Shown piece by piece: positions 34,746 through 43,479 of a DNA stretch of 43,863 nt (position 1 is its first letter; each line of letters starts with the position of its first letter). A program made the translations under genes and the position numbers. The stretch is from positions 1 through 43,863 of the forward strand of contig CALZIC010000120.1 in the NCBI GenBank assembly GCA_945787285.1, read 5' to 3'. A model generated the notes under the pieces. The model made no database searches. It saw only the letters and a program-made list of their open reading frames with translations, and had not been told where the DNA came from. Source of the stretch: an uncultured Desulfuromonadales bacterium (GTDB lineage Bacteria > Desulfobacterota > Desulfuromonadia > Desulfuromonadales > Trichloromonadaceae).

Positions 34746-37277
34746 TTACTCTCCCCTCAAATAGACCGCCGGTTTCTGACCCAGAGCCTTCCAGGTTCCT
34801 GCCAGCCCCAGCAGCAGGGTCAGCCCGATGCCTGCAGCCAGGGTGCCGAGCACCACGAGGGGGTGGAGGGTGAAAGGGGTGTCCATGAATCCTTGCAGAA
34901 TGCCGAACGCGGCCAGGCTGCCGGCCAGGGCGGCAATCGCTCCTGCGGCCAGGCCGAGAATGGCGAATTCCATGGAGAAGGCGGTGACGATGTCGCCCCG
35001 GGTGGCGCCGCACACCTTGAAGATTACCGCATCGTGAATGCGCCGGTGCTGATCGGCTGAAACCGCACCGGCCAGAACCAGAAAGCCGGTCAGCAAAACG
35101 ACGGTTGCCATCGCTTTGAAGGCGCCTCCGATGCGTTTGAGGGTACGCGAGACGTTGCTGAGGACCTCCCGGGTGCCGATCGCCGAGATATTGGGGAAGG
35201 TGCCGGTCACGGCGCGGAACACCGCCTCTTCAGAGGCCTGGGGAACGTAGATGGTGGCGATGTGGGTCTGCGGGGCGTTTTCGAGAACACCCGGAGCGAA
35301 CAGCACCGCGAAGTTCAGTTCAAGGGTCGACCAATCGACGATGCGCAGGTTGGCGATCCGGGCCGTGATGTCGCGCCCGAGGACGTTCACCGTGAGGGTA
35401 TCGCCCACCTGAACCCCGAACCCGCGGGCGACATCCGCCGTCAAGGAGACTTGCGGGGCTCCGCTGTAGGCCGAAGGCCACCACTGGCCGGCACTTAGGG
35501 TGGTCCCCTGGGGCGGGTCCTGGGCATAACTGAGAAAACGGTCCCCCCGTACCGCCCAGCGAACCTCGGGGGCAATCGCCGCTTTTTCAACCGGAACGCC
35601 GTCGATCCGGGTGATGCGGCCGCGCAGGGTCGGGTAGCGCTCGACCCTGGGGGGTGCCGGCAGGGCGCTGAGGGTCTGCTCAAGGGCGGCAACCTGGCCG
35701 GGTTGTATATCGAGCAGGAAAAAGGCCGGAGCCTGATCGGGAACCTGTTCCTCGACCAGATCGTTGAGGTTGGCCTGCACCAGGGCGATCATGACCAGCG
35801 CGGTTAGGCCGAGCCCGAGCGAAAAGAGAACGCTTGCCGCGGGAGAGCCACGTCGGTGAATGTTGGAGAGCCCGAGGCGCAGGCGCGGATCGGCGGGTCG
35901 GGGAAGGCGGCGGGCCAGGTGAATGACCAGGGCGGCCAGCAGGCGGAACAGCAAAAAGCACCCTCCAGCCCCCACAATGAACCAAAGAGCCAGGCGACGG
36001 TCTCCGCTGGTCAGCACGGCCAGTGAACAGAGGAGCAGGGCGGCCAGGGCGATGGCCGTCCAGATGGCTTTACCCGGGCTACGCCTGCCGCTGTCGGTAT
36101 AACTGCGAAACAGGAGGCCCGGGGGAATGCGGCGGGCCAAGCCAAGTTCCTTGAGGGAAAAGAGCAGGGCGATAATCAAACCGAATAGGGCGGCGGTGAC
36201 CAGGACCTTCGGGTGGATGCCCGGCGACAGGGGAATGGGCAGGATGTCTCCGATGATCCAGGCGGCCAGGTAGGGGAGAGCGGCCCCGGCCAGCAGGCCC
36301 GCGACGGTGCCGATGAGCCCGAGAATGAGAATCTGCAGCCGGTAGGCGATGAAGATGACCCGGCCGGTGGCGCCAAGGCACTTCATGGCGGCGATGTGCA
36401 TGATTTTACCGGACAGGTAGCCCCGCACCGCCCCCGATACGCCGAGTCCGCCGACCAGCAGGGCGCAGAGGCCGACAAGGGTCAGGTTGGTGTTCATGCG
36501 GTCGAGAAAAAAACGCACTCTCGGCGCCGCCTGGCGCCAGGTTGTCAGGCGCCAGCCTGCCTCCGGAAAGGCGGCCTGCATCGCGTCTTTGAGGGCTTCG
36601 GTCTGCTCCCGGTCGGGCAGGCGCAGGCGGTACCCATAGGTGACCAGGCTGCCCGGCTGCACAAGCCCGGTTGCGGCGAGTCCCTCCCTGCTCATCATCA
36701 GTCGAGGCCCCAGGGTGAAGGCCCTTACGGTTCGATCCGGTTCGGTCGTCAGCACCCCGCTGATGCGAAACAGGGCGTCGCCGACCTCGACCGTCTCTCC
36801 GACATGGAGGTCGAAGCGCTGCATAAACGCCTCTTCGGCTAGAGCCCCGTAGGCGTTGCCGACACGGCCGAAGGCCTCCCTCAGCCCCAGAGCCGGCCGG
36901 GTCGAAAGGTGTCCATAGAGGGGGTAGCGGTCATCGACCGCTTTTACTTCCACCAGGGCCCGTCGCGAGCCGTCGTGCGCGGCGGCCATGGTCCTCATCT
37001 GGATGACTTCGGAAAGGGTCCCGCGCTCCTCCAGAAAGGATCGTTGTGCCGAAGTCAGCTCCCGCTGGGCCAGGCGGACCTCCAAATCTCCCCCGAGCAG
37101 GGCGCCGGCGTCAGCCAGTAGCCCCGACCGGGCCGATGCCGAAAAACTGCCGATCGCGCTGATGGCGAAGACCCCGAGAAAGAGGCAGGCAAGAAACACC
37201 CCGAAGCCGCCCACGCCGGAGCGTATTTCACGCCGCACCAGGATGATGGCCTGGTCCAGGCTCGAGAGGCGTTTCAC
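34746..37277 (-). CDS. ybbP: ABC transporter permease, FtsX-family, YbbP-like (two FtsX domains, about 10 TM)
   Basis: 843 aa; architecture and start ([18 protein letters not shown]) match E. coli YbbP; 4-bp overlap with the ATPase gene. Confidence 0.85.
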   Translation of the reverse strand: MKRLSSLDQAIILVRREIRSGVGGFGVFLACLFLGVFAISAIGSFSASARSGLLADAGALLGGDLEVRLAQRELTSAQRSFLEERGTLSEVIQMRTMAAAHDGSRRALVEVKAVDDRYPLYGHLSTRPALGLREAFGRVGNAYGALAEEAFMQRFDLHVGETVEVGDALFRISGVLTTEPDRTVRAFTLGPRLMMSREGLAATGLVQPGSLVTYGYRLRLPDREQTEALKDAMQAAFPEAGWRLTTWRQAAPRVRFFLDRMNTNLTLVGLCALLVGGLGVSGAVRGYLSGKIMHIAAMKCLGATGRVIFIAYRLQILILGLIGTVAGLLAGAALPYLAAWIIGDILPIPLSPGIHPKVLVTAALFGLIIALLFSLKELGLARRIPPGLLFRSYTDSGRRSPGKAIWTAIALAALLLCSLAVLTSGDRRLALWFIVGAGGCFLLFRLLAALVIHLARRLPRPADPRLRLGLSNIHRRGSPAASVLFSLGLGLTALVMIALVQANLNDLVEEQVPDQAPAFFLLDIQPGQVAALEQTLSALPAPPRVERYPTLRGRITRIDGVPVEKAAIAPEVRWAVRGDRFLSYAQDPPQGTTLSAGQWWPSAYSGAPQVSLTADVARGFGVQVGDTLTVNVLGRDITARIANLRIVDWSTLELNFAVLFAPGVLENAPQTHIATIYVPQASEEAVFRAVTGTFPNISAIGTREVLSNVSRTLKRIGGAFKAMATVVLLTGFLVLAGAVSADQHRRIHDAVIFKVCGATRGDIVTAFSMEFAILGLAAGAIAALAGSLAAFGILQGFMDTPFTLHPLVVLGTLAAGIGLTLLLGLAGTWKALGQKPAVYLRGE

Positions 37278-37963
37278 GCGGGGGCTCCCGCTGGGGGGAC
37301 AAGAACGCCGTCTGCCATCTCGATTGTGCTGCCGCAGCGGCTGGCCAGCCGTTCGTCATGGGTTACCAGGATCAAGGTGGTTCCTTGTTGGCGCTGCAGG
37401 TTGAAGAGCAGATCCATCACCCTCTGACCGGTTTCCCGGTCGAGGTTTCCGGTCGGTTCATCGGCCAGAATCAGCGAGGGGTTGGCGACAAAGGCCCTGG
37501 CCAGGGCCACCCGCTGCTGTTCTCCGCCGGAGAGTTCGCCCGGAAAATGCTCGAGCCGGTCGGCCAGGCCGGTGGCCGAAAGGGCTGCTTCCGCCCGCTT
37601 CAGGGCATCGGTCGCGCCGGCGAATTCCAGGGGCAGCGCAACGTTTTCCAGGGCGGTCATGGTCGGCACCAGGTGAAAGGACTGAAAGACGATGCCGATG
37701 TGTTGTCGGCGAAAGCGGGCCAGTCCGTCCTCGTCGATTTCGCCAAGATCGATGTCGGCCACGCATATCCGCCCGGAGGTGGGACGTTCCAGACCCGAAA
37801 GGGCCATCAGCAGGGTTGTTTTGCCGGCTCCGGAAGGGCCGACGATGCTCATCGTTTCTCCTCGCTCGACGCGCAGATCGACCCCCCGCAGAATGTTGAC
37901 CGGGCCCCCGCCCCCCGCTAGACTTAAATGCAGGTTCTCAATGCAAACAATCGGTGGTGACAT
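37274..37963 (-). CDS. ybbA: ABC transporter ATP-binding protein YbbA-like
   Basis: Walker [24 protein letters not shown] signature, Walker [13 protein letters not shown]. Start chosen at [11 protein letters not shown] (ATG 37963), which aligns with the E. coli YbbA N-terminus; the ORF-track start 38041 overlaps tesA. Confidence 0.85.
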   Translation of the reverse strand: MSPPIVCIENLHLSLAGGGGPVNILRGVDLRVERGETMSIVGPSGAGKTTLLMALSGLERPTSGRICVADIDLGEIDEDGLARFRRQHIGIVFQSFHLVPTMTALENVALPLEFAGATDALKRAEAALSATGLADRLEHFPGELSGGEQQRVALARAFVANPSLILADEPTGNLDRETGQRVMDLLFNLQRQQGTTLILVTHDERLASRCGSTIEMADGVLVPPAGAPA

Positions 37964-38621
37964 GAATGCTCCAAGCGTATGGCTTCTGACGACCCTGCTC
38001 GCCCTTTTGCTATTCCCGGCAAGCGGCATCTGCAACGGCACAACGCCGCCGACATGGCGTATAGCAGTGCTCGGTGATAGCCTGGTTGCCGGTTACGGGC
38101 TCCCCGCCGAGCAGGCCTTCCCGGCACGTTTGCAGGAGGCCCTGCTCGAAAGAGGGCACCGGGTGGTGGTGCAAAATGCCGGCGTCTCCGGCGACACCAC
38201 GGCCGGAGGCCTGGCGCGGCTGGAGTGGACCCTGGCTGAGCGTCCCGACCTGGTGATCGTCGAACTCGGCGGCAATGACGCCCTGCGGGGGCTCGACCCT
38301 CAACAGACCCGAGAAAATGTCGATGCCATTCTCTCCCGCCTGCACACCGCGGGCGTCCGGGCGCTGCTGGCCGGCATGCGGGCCCCGCGCAACCTCGGCA
38401 GTGACTATTATACCAAGTTTGACCGTATCTACCCCGATCTCGCCATCAGGCATGCGGTGCCGCTCTATCCCTTTTTCCTCGAAGGAGTGGCAGGGCATCC
38501 GGAGCTCAACCTGCAGGACGGCATCCATCCCAATGTCGACGGAGTCGCGGTTATCGTATGCGGCATTCTGCCGCAGGTGGAGGAGGCGCTGGGCAGGTTG
38601 GAAAAGATCGTGTCCGATTGA
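37962..38621 (+). CDS. tesA: arylesterase / acyl-CoA thioesterase I (SGNH/GDSL hydrolase) with signal peptide
   Basis: Start at MNAPSVWLL (ATG 37962); GDSLVAGYG (GDS motif), GGNDALRG, DGIHPN. Divergent from ybbA as in E. coli. Confidence 0.8.
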   Translation: MNAPSVWLLTTLLALLLFPASGICNGTTPPTWRIAVLGDSLVAGYGLPAEQAFPARLQEALLERGHRVVVQNAGVSGDTTAGGLARLEWTLAERPDLVIVELGGNDALRGLDPQQTRENVDAILSRLHTAGVRALLAGMRAPRNLGSDYYTKFDRIYPDLAIRHAVPLYPFFLEGVAGHPELNLQDGIHPNVDGVAVIVCGILPQVEEALGRLEKIVSD

Positions 38622-38735
38622 TGTTTTCTCGAAAAAACACCGGAGTTGCATTTCATTCCGCGGGTATTAGTCTTGTAGGCAGGACGCAAACCGAAAGCAC
38701 ACGTTCGAGAAGACACTTATCAGAGGGAGGCTTTT

Positions 38736-39386
38736 ATGGGATGTGTCAGGTTCAAGGTGTTTATCCTACAGATTGTTCTGCTCTTCAGCCTGCCGGCGCT
38801 CTCTTTTGCCGAGCAGCCTGCGGCAGTTCAGACAGTAGCTACATCGCCCGACGCTATCTGTCCGCTGCTGATCGGCAGCCCGGTTCCGGACCTTACCGTC
38901 AAGACGGTCGCGGGCGAGTCGTTTGACCTGAAAGCCGCCATTCGCTCGAAACCAACGGTTCTGATCTTTTATCGGGGCGGCTGGTGACCGTACTGTAATC
39001 TCCAGTTGGGAGAACTGATTAAAATCGAACCGGAACTTCTCAAAATCGGCTACCAGGTCATCGCCCTCAGTGCCGACAAGCCGGAATATCTGCAGAAAAG
39101 CCAGTTGAAGCACAAGCCGAACTACCTGCTTCTCTCGGACAGCACCATGGAGGCCGCCATGGCCTTTGGGGTCGCCTTTAAAGTGGATGCGCAAACGGTA
39201 GAGAAGTATAAGGAGTTCGGGGCCGATTTAGAGCAAGCCTCAGGAAAAACCCACCATCTGCTGCCGGTGCCTGCCGCCTTCGTGATCGGCTCGGATGGGG
39301 TCGTCAAATTTTCCTACGTCAATCCAGACTTCAAGACCAGGGTGAGTTCCGATGTGCTGCTGGCAGCGGCGAAATCTGCCTTGTAA
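38736..39386 (+). CDS. predicted selenoprotein: secreted Prx-like/redoxin-family thiol-disulfide oxidoreductase with in-frame TGA (Sec) at 38985-38987 in a W-U-PYCN active site
   Basis: ORF-track pieces 38736..38987 and 39006..39386 share one frame. The only interruption is TGA, exactly where Cys sits in the redoxin F-Y-R-G-x-W-C-P-x-C motif (FYRGGW-TGA-PYCNLQ). Signal peptide at the N-terminus. A 5-bp stem-loop TCTCC-aguug-GGAGA starts 11 nt after the UGA, which matches bacterial SECIS geometry. Confidence 0.7.
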
Positions 39387-39451
39387 CTGATCCTGTGAGT
39401 TTTGCCCGGTCAGAACTCGCGGAAGCAGGATCATGAGAGAAGGGGAGTGCC

Positions 39452-40099
39452 ATGGGGTTGAAATCCAGGCTAGAGGCCATGAAGTCCGACTTCATCCGTA
39501 ACGCCGATCCGGTCATACTTGAGAAAATGCAGCATGCAACCCGGGTTCTCGAAGAACCCGACCATCTGGCCTTTGTCCTGAATGTGGGGGAGCGAGCTCC
39601 GGAATTCAGCCTGAATGACGCCCGGGGACAGGCCGTCAGCAGCCAGGATCTGCTGCTGAAAGGACGGCTTCTGGTTGCCTTTTATCGAGGGGTGTGGTGA
39701 CCGTATTGCAACGCGGAGCTGGAGGCTCTGCAGGAAATCTGGCAGGAAATCGAGAAGACGAAAACCACCCTGGTTGCCATTTCTCCCATGCAGGATAAAT
39801 ACGCTCCCCAACTGGTTCAGAAACTTCAGCTGAGCTTTCCGGTTCTCAGTGATCCGGGCAATCGGGTGGCGGAGCAGTTCGGTGTCGTCTATACCCTGTC
39901 CAACGGAATGAAAGAGATCTACAAAGATCTCGGTATTGACCTGGAGCGCTTCAACGGCGATACCAACTTGCGGCTGCCGATGCCGGGACGCATCATTATC
40001 GATGGCGGGGGGATAATTCGCGACGTCGATATCCACCCCGATCACACCACCCGTCCCGAGCCGGAAGAGACCCTGGCCATTCTGAGATCACTGAAATAA
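39452..40099 (+). CDS. predicted selenoprotein: cytoplasmic Prx-like/redoxin paralog with in-frame TGA (Sec) at 39698-39700 in a W-U-PYCN active site
   Basis: ORF-track pieces 39452..39700 and 39788..40099 share one frame (FYRGVW-TGA-PYCNAELEALQEIWQ...), checked by hand translation of 39701-39790. Hairpin GCGGAGC-uggag-GCUCUGC starts 12 nt after the UGA. Confidence 0.7.
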
Positions 40100-40101
40100 A
40101 A

Positions 40102-40135
40102 AGCCGGATGCCCCCTGGGGGGAATCCGGCTTTGG
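40102..40135. terminator. bidirectional rho-independent terminator between the second selenoprotein gene and the GGDEF gene
   Basis: aaaaaGCCGGATgccccctggggggaATCCGGCtttgg. Confidence 0.7.
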
Positions 40136-40169
40136 ATTGTCAGCAATTGGGTCGGGGAAAAGGGTTGTT

Positions 40170-40916
40170 TCACTCCTGCGGGGGATCCTCCTCAAGGCCC
40201 TTGCCGCTGAAGAGGTTGAACAGAACCTCTTTTTCATCATGGCTGACGCTGCTGATATCCTCAATGTGTTTGAAGGGTGCGTGGCAGGTGCGGTTGCGCC
40301 CTTCACTTTTCGCCTGGTAAAGGTATTGGTCGGCTTTCTTGACCAGGTCCTCGGCGGTGTCGGCCTGCCCGGCGTAATGGACCTGGATTCCGAGGCTGGC
40401 CGTCATGATAAGGTCCTTATCTCCCACCGTCAGCGGGGAGGCCTCGATAATCTTGCGCATCCGTTCCGCCAGTACAATGCTTCCGGCCAGGTCGGTCCCA
40501 GGCAGGATGATGCCGAACTCTTCTCCCCCGTAGCGACAGGGGATATCAAACGTTCGTACCGACTGGCGCATCAGCTGGGCGATATGGATAAGCGCCTTGT
40601 TGCCGACCTCGTGTCCCCAGGAATCGTTGATTTTTTTGAAAAAATCGAGATCTACCATGACCAGCGCCATCGGCTGGCCGCTGCGCCGGGTGCGTTCCAT
40701 TTCCTGCCCGAGGGCCTGAATGAAGTAGCGGAAGTTGGCTATTCCCGTAAGCGTGTCCGTGTGAACCAGTTCGGACAATTGGGCGATCTTTTCGCGCAAT
40801 TCGGCGGCCTCGGAAAGAAAGGCACAATTGGCCTCTCCGAGAGGACAGTCCTTTGGGGAAGAGTGGTCGTCAGCCATATCTATCGGTCGTTTTTGTCGGT
40901 CGTTTGTTGTTTTCAT
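40170..40916 (-). CDS. diguanylate cyclase (GGDEF domain protein)
   Basis: RYGGEEF active-site motif and GGDEF-domain layout; start chosen at MKTTNDRQKRP (ATG 40916). Confidence 0.8.
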   Translation of the reverse strand: MKTTNDRQKRPIDMADDHSSPKDCPLGEANCAFLSEAAELREKIAQLSELVHTDTLTGIANFRYFIQALGQEMERTRRSGQPMALVMVDLDFFKKINDSWGHEVGNKALIHIAQLMRQSVRTFDIPCRYGGEEFGIILPGTDLAGSIVLAERMRKIIEASPLTVGDKDLIMTASLGIQVHYAGQADTAEDLVKKADQYLYQAKSEGRNRTCHAPFKHIEDISSVSHDEKEVLFNLFSGKGLEEDPPQE

Positions 40917-41012
40917 TTTCGTATGTCTTGCCACAGAGTATGGAACAAACAGCAGCGGGCCAAGCCGCAACGTTCACCAAGGCCTCTGTATTAGAATAAT
41001 CCAGTCACTTTT

Positions 41013-41172
41013 TTGACAAGTCCCCCTTCATACCATAAAAAAATGAAAAAAAGTAATTAAAGGTGCAAGTTTTGCGTATCGTGCCTGTGGATGGCAGAGG
41101 CCGCCGGCATTCCCGGTCCCAAATAGCAAGCCGGATTTTCCCCAAAGGGAAGCTCCGGCTTGCTTTTTGTTT
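41013..41172 (+). ncRNA. candidate small RNA: sigma70-like promoter (TTGACA 41013-41018, TAAAAA 41036-41041) to a strong intrinsic terminator (41126-41172)
   Basis: perfect 10-bp stem GCAAGCCGGA...TCCGGCTTGC followed by tttttgttt on the + strand. No + strand protein gene upstream; lies between GGDEF and kinase genes, both on the minus strand. Confidence 0.3.
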
Positions 41173-41222
41173 GGAATTTGACGGCTTGTGTACCGTGCGG
41201 GTAGTCGTGTCAAATTATTCGC

Positions 41223-42598
41223 TCAGCCCGACAGAACGATCTCCACGATCAGTCCTCCATCTGTCGCATTGCGTGCCGTGACCGACCCGCCGTGTCGCCG
41301 GGCGGCCCGCTCGACAATGGCCAGGCCGATACCGGTACCGCCGCTCTTGCGGTCGCGGGCCACGGCGGTGCGGTAGAATGGCTCGAATATTTTCTGCAGC
41401 TCTTCATCCGGCACTCCCGGCCCATGGTCGCGTACGCGTATCGTCACCAGCCCCGACGCTTCATCCCTTGCCAGATCGACCTCTACGGAAGTCCCCTCGT
41501 CGGTGTAGTTCACCGCGTTGCGAACCACGTTTTCGCCAATCCTGCGCAGCAGGTCCACCGAGCCTTTGATGAAAATGTCGTCGCTCTGGTGCAATTGGAC
41601 CGTGCGGTTGCGGCTGCGGGCCTCGAAATCGGCGTCGGAGACGATGTCGCGCACCAGGCCGGAGAGGTCGACCTCCTGCTGTGGAGCTTGACGGGTGCCG
41701 GTTTCGAGCAGGTTCAGACTGAGAAGCTGGCCGATCATCTCGTTCATGCGATCGGTTTCCCGTTCGATGCGGTCCAGGGACGCCCTGGCTTCTTCACCCG
41801 AACGTTGCCGGGCCAGTTCGAGAGCGACGTTGAGGCGGGCGAGGGGAGAGCGCAGTTCGTGGGAGATGTCCCGTTGCAGGCGTTTCTGCGAATCGATCAG
41901 GTCCTCGATGCGTTCGGCCATCCGGTCGAAATCGCGGGCCAGGTTGCCGATTTCGTTTTTTGGCTGACCCGGGTTGAAAGGTCGCCGTCGGCAAACTGGC
42001 GGGTCGCTTCGCTCAATTTGCGGATCGGCTTGGTCAAAGAGCGGGTCAGGACGAAGCAGACGATTCCCCCGACCACCAGCAAAGCGCTGAGACCGACCCC
42101 CTGGCCAGGTAAATAGTCCCGGTGTCGCGGGGGGCGACGAATTTTCCCTGTCCGTGCGGAAGATACTTTCAGCTCGATGACCAGCACCGAGTGGGGCAGG
42201 TCAGGCAGGGGCAGGGGGCGGCCGAAGTAAAAGTAGGGGTAAGCGCGGAGGGCCTTGACGCTCCGCTCGGCAAAAATCAGATCCGCCAGTCGGGTGGCAA
42301 GCTTCGGGGCCCTTTGGCCCGTGAGGGTCCTGTCCTTTTCGGTAAAGAGGAAGGGGCGTGGAGATTCCGGGTCCAGATCGTCGAGGTACTGGCTCCAGCC
42401 CTCGGTTCCACCCCTTGCAAGAGCTTCGGCCGCCTCACGGGCATAGCCGTCGAGTCCTTTGGAGGCGAACTGAAGCTGGTTTTCGAGAATCGGCCGTTCC
42501 TCCGGGCGGTTCAGGTAGCTGATCACGTGGACGGTCGCTCCGGTCAGGGTGACCGTCAGCCAGAAGCTGAGGAAGATTTTGACGAACAGGCTACGCAT
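41223..42598 (-). pseudogene. two-component sensor histidine kinase (periplasmic sensor-TM-HAMP-HisKA-HATPase; CpxA/EnvZ-like), split by a frameshift in an A6/T6 run at about 41957-41962
   Basis: ORF 41897..42706 carries TM1, the sensor, TM2 and HAMP, ending in out-of-frame junk. ORF 41223..41921 carries the HisKA H-box (SHELRSPL) and HATPase (G-box GGTGIGLAIV). Adding one A to the A6 run restores ...RVSQKNEIGNLARDFDRMAERIEDL.... Start at MRSLFVKIF (ATG 42598) overlaps the end of the regulator gene. Confidence 0.8.
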
Positions 42599-43310
42599 GG
42601 GGTTCCTCGCTGCTGTCGGCATACAGGTAGCCGACACCGCGGACTGTCTTGATCCGCTCGCTGTCGCCGATACGGTTGCCGAGTTTTTTGCGCAGGCTGC
42701 TGACATGTACGTCGATGCTGCGGTCGTAGGGGGAGAGGCGCCGTCCCAACACCTTGCGGACCAGTTCTTCCCGTTCGATCACCTTTCCCGCCGAGCGCAT
42801 CAGCACTTCGAGCAGGGTGAACTCCACCGCAGTCAGTTCGATGGCCTCCCCGTTGCGTCTGACTTCCCGGGTGCCGCCGTTGAGCTCGAGATCACCGATT
42901 AAAAGGCGTGGGACGCTCTCTGCGGTTGATTCCTCCTTTTCAACAGGAGCTTCGGCCCGGCGCTGGATGGCTCGGATACGAGCAACCAGTTCGCGTGGAT
43001 TGAAGGGCTTGGGCAGGTAATCGTCGGCGCCCATCTCCAGACCGACGATGCGGTCGATATCGTCGCCTCGGGCAGTCAGCATGATCACCGGCACTTTCGA
43101 TTTTTCACGGATGTGACGCAGCACGTCGAAGCCGCTCATCCCCGGCAGCATCACGTCGAGCACCACCAGACCGTATTCTACGGCAAGAGCCTTTTCGACC
43201 CCGGCGTGGGCTTCGTTGACCGTTTCGATCTCGAACCCCTCGGGGGTCAGGTAGTCGCAAAGGAGTTCGCAGAGTTCGGTGTCGTCGTCGATAACGAGAA
43301 TGCGGTTCAT
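42591..43310 (-). CDS. OmpR-family response regulator (CpxR-like), receiver plus winged-helix
   Basis: 239 aa; MNRILVIDDDTELCELL...VLDVMLPGMSGFDVL receiver domain; C-terminal TVRGVGY winged helix. Confidence 0.9.
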   Translation of the reverse strand: MNRILVIDDDTELCELLCDYLTPEGFEIETVNEAHAGVEKALAVEYGLVVLDVMLPGMSGFDVLRHIREKSKVPVIMLTARGDDIDRIVGLEMGADDYLPKPFNPRELVARIRAIQRRAEAPVEKEESTAESVPRLLIGDLELNGGTREVRRNGEAIELTAVEFTLLEVLMRSAGKVIEREELVRKVLGRRLSPYDRSIDVHVSSLRKKLGNRIGDSERIKTVRGVGYLYADSSEEPHA

Positions 43311-43479
43311 GGTCGGCTCCTGGGTTCATTGGTGATTTCATCTTATCTCAATCCGTATTGGTGCGCTGTAAAGAAATGTAAAGAGAGGGCTTTTTCCATT
43401 TACAAAACTTTACCCGGGTTTCCCGACTCTTAACACTCTGTTCAGGTTGGGTTCTGTATGATCTGGCCATACGAATTAA

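Noticed and set aside
36213-36842. 209-aa + ORF plus several other 60-140 aa ORFs between 34800 and 38700
   Set aside because: All embedded antisense or out of frame in ybbP/ybbA/tesA; Arg/Pro/Gly-rich junk translations
41292-42116. 274-aa + ORF
   Set aside because: Antisense to the sensor kinase gene
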